This document shows positions 36,174 to 36,223 of a DNA stretch of 36,223 nt, one piece after another. Position numbers and translations under genes: made by a program. The stretch is from a virus, in UHGV virus genome UHGV-0136979; one strand, given 5' to 3'. Position 1 is the first letter of the stretch; each line of letters starts with the position of its first letter. The notes under the pieces were generated by a model. That model ran no database searches and was not told where the DNA came from. It worked only from the letters and a program-made list of their open reading frames with translations.

Positions 36174-36223
36174 AATAGGACTAAATAAGCCGACTTAAGA
36201 CTATGTGTATTGATGTAACTAAT

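Larger units (their letters stand above)
980..36223. mobile_element. P2-like (Peduovirus-type) prophage, apparently intact, with three cargo loci; right end beyond the window
   Basis: Near-complete P2 gene set (int, C, cox, A, Q, P, O, N, M, L, X, lysis genes, R, S, V, W, J, I, H, G, FI, FII, E/E', T, U, D, ogr). The left boundary lies somewhere in 570..980 and cannot be set without the second attachment-site copy. Confidence 0.9.

Overview
The window is almost entirely a P2-like temperate myovirus prophage, probably in an Enterobacterales host. It runs from about position 600-980 to beyond the right edge (integrase at 35142..36173, attachment site not in view). All calls are from reading the six-frame track and the sequence by eye, with protein families recognised from memory; no searches were run. 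Left flank (1..570): two small overlapping + strand genes, one YidD-like, then a bidirectional intrinsic terminator. Prophage layout, left to right: an untracked Hok-family toxin ORF; ogr; an AT-rich alpha/beta-hydrolase cargo gene; D; the tail module FI-FII-E/E'-T-U on the + strand, which is inverted relative to canonical P2 synteny; an AT-rich hexapeptide acyltransferase in the Z/fun cargo position; then G-H-I-J-W-V-S-R, lysis genes, X-L-M-N-O on the - strand; P and Q on the + strand; a cargo island; replication gene A; nine small early ORFs; cox-like; C repressor; integrase. The most interesting region is the cargo island between Q and A, where P2 carries tin/old: it holds a four-gene operon led by a ParM-like actin ATPase and a ParR-like protein followed by two unknown genes, a separate unknown gene, and about 560 bp of repeat-rich non-coding DNA. 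No tRNA, rRNA, CRISPR array or IS element was recognised.
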